The position numbers and the translations under genes were made by a program. The notes under the pieces were generated by a model, which saw nothing but the letters and a program-made list of their open reading frames with translations, was not told the origin of the DNA and searched no databases. A stretch of 33,859 nt of DNA from Deltaproteobacteria bacterium (GTDB taxonomy: Bacteria > Desulfobacterota > Desulfobacteria > Desulfobacterales > B30-G6): contig JAFDAT010000004.1 in the NCBI GenBank assembly GCA_019313725.1, forward strand, positions 1-33,859, in the 5' to 3' direction. Below, in pieces: positions 33,790 through 33,859 of this stretch (its first letter is position 1; each line of letters opens with the position of its first letter).

Positions 33790-33859
33790 TAAAACGACCT
33801 TTCAATTTTCATGCCCGGATGCACACGACGAAGCATGAAACATAGGCAGTTATTGAAGC
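33789..33859 (-). CDS. 3' end of an upstream gene translationally coupled to rnfE (rnfG expected by synteny)
   Basis: An open frame runs into the window edge and stops in a TAATG overlap with the rnfE start. It is too short to recognise by sequence. The identity is inferred only from the usual rnfCDGEAB order. Confidence 0.3.
   Translation of the reverse strand, partial: FNNCLCFMLRRVHPGMKIERSF

Noticed and set aside
1-33859. Search for a CRISPR array, tRNA/rRNA genes, transposase/integrase, toxin-antitoxin pairs or classic defence genes
   Set aside because: I found no regularly spaced direct repeats, no cloverleaf-like or rRNA-like segments in the intergenic regions, and no ORF with recombinase, nuclease or defence motifs. 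The absence was judged by eye only. tRNAscan, Infernal and defence-system HMMs would be decisive.

Overview
All calls were made by eye from the sequence and the ORF track, with no database search. The window looks like chromosomal DNA from an anaerobic respirer, plausibly a Desulfobacterota-type bacterium. That guess rests on an Rnf complex, multihaem cytochromes, a sigma54 activator and GC-clamped intergenic mini-palindromes. I support about 25 CDS. I recognised no rRNA, tRNA, CRISPR array, transposase or integrase.

Gene content, left to right:
(1) An operon (152-5001) encodes two divergent citryl-CoA-lyase/citrate-synthase-fold proteins, a clear PhnW-type 2-aminoethylphosphonate:pyruvate aminotransferase and a CoA-acylating aldehyde dehydrogenase. 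It ends in a strong terminator. A separate HAD hydrolase follows.
(2) A periplasmic nitrate reductase locus runs napD, napA, then a tandem-duplicated tetrahaem NapB. A membrane-anchored tetrahaem cytochrome, a Tat-exported four-cluster FeS protein and an NrfD-type membrane subunit follow. No NapC or NapGH is present.
(3) A secreted 999-aa protein fuses an M1-type gluzincin domain, a ChaN/Tiki-like domain and a PDZ domain.
(4) A fused APH-type kinase/class-III PLP enzyme (phospho-lyase-like) converges on an AT-richer minus-strand pair: a hotdog thioesterase and a class-III aminotransferase.
(5) Next come an exported rhodanese, a DUF255 thioredoxin-like protein, a cytoplasmic PAS histidine kinase with an NtrC-type sigma54 activator, and an archaemetzincin-like protease.
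(6) The minus strand carries a Cys-rich GcvH-like protein, nadA, a small beta-grasp-like ORF, a tandem USP, and rnfB, rnfA, rnfE.

Most interesting candidate: the phnW-linked operon. The CoA-acylating ALDH and the acetyl-CoA-enolate-type (CCL-like) pair suggest an undescribed thioester-dependent route for phosphonoacetaldehyde or a related aminoalkyl compound.

Other notable observations:
- The Nap system appears wired to a Psr/Nrf/Qrc-type quinol module.
- Two near-identical CRP/FNR-type boxes sit in class-II promoter geometry.
- A sigma54 promoter with a palindromic UAS lies in front of the Cys-rich GcvH-like gene.
- A repeat-laden 368-bp spacer splits rnfA from rnfB.
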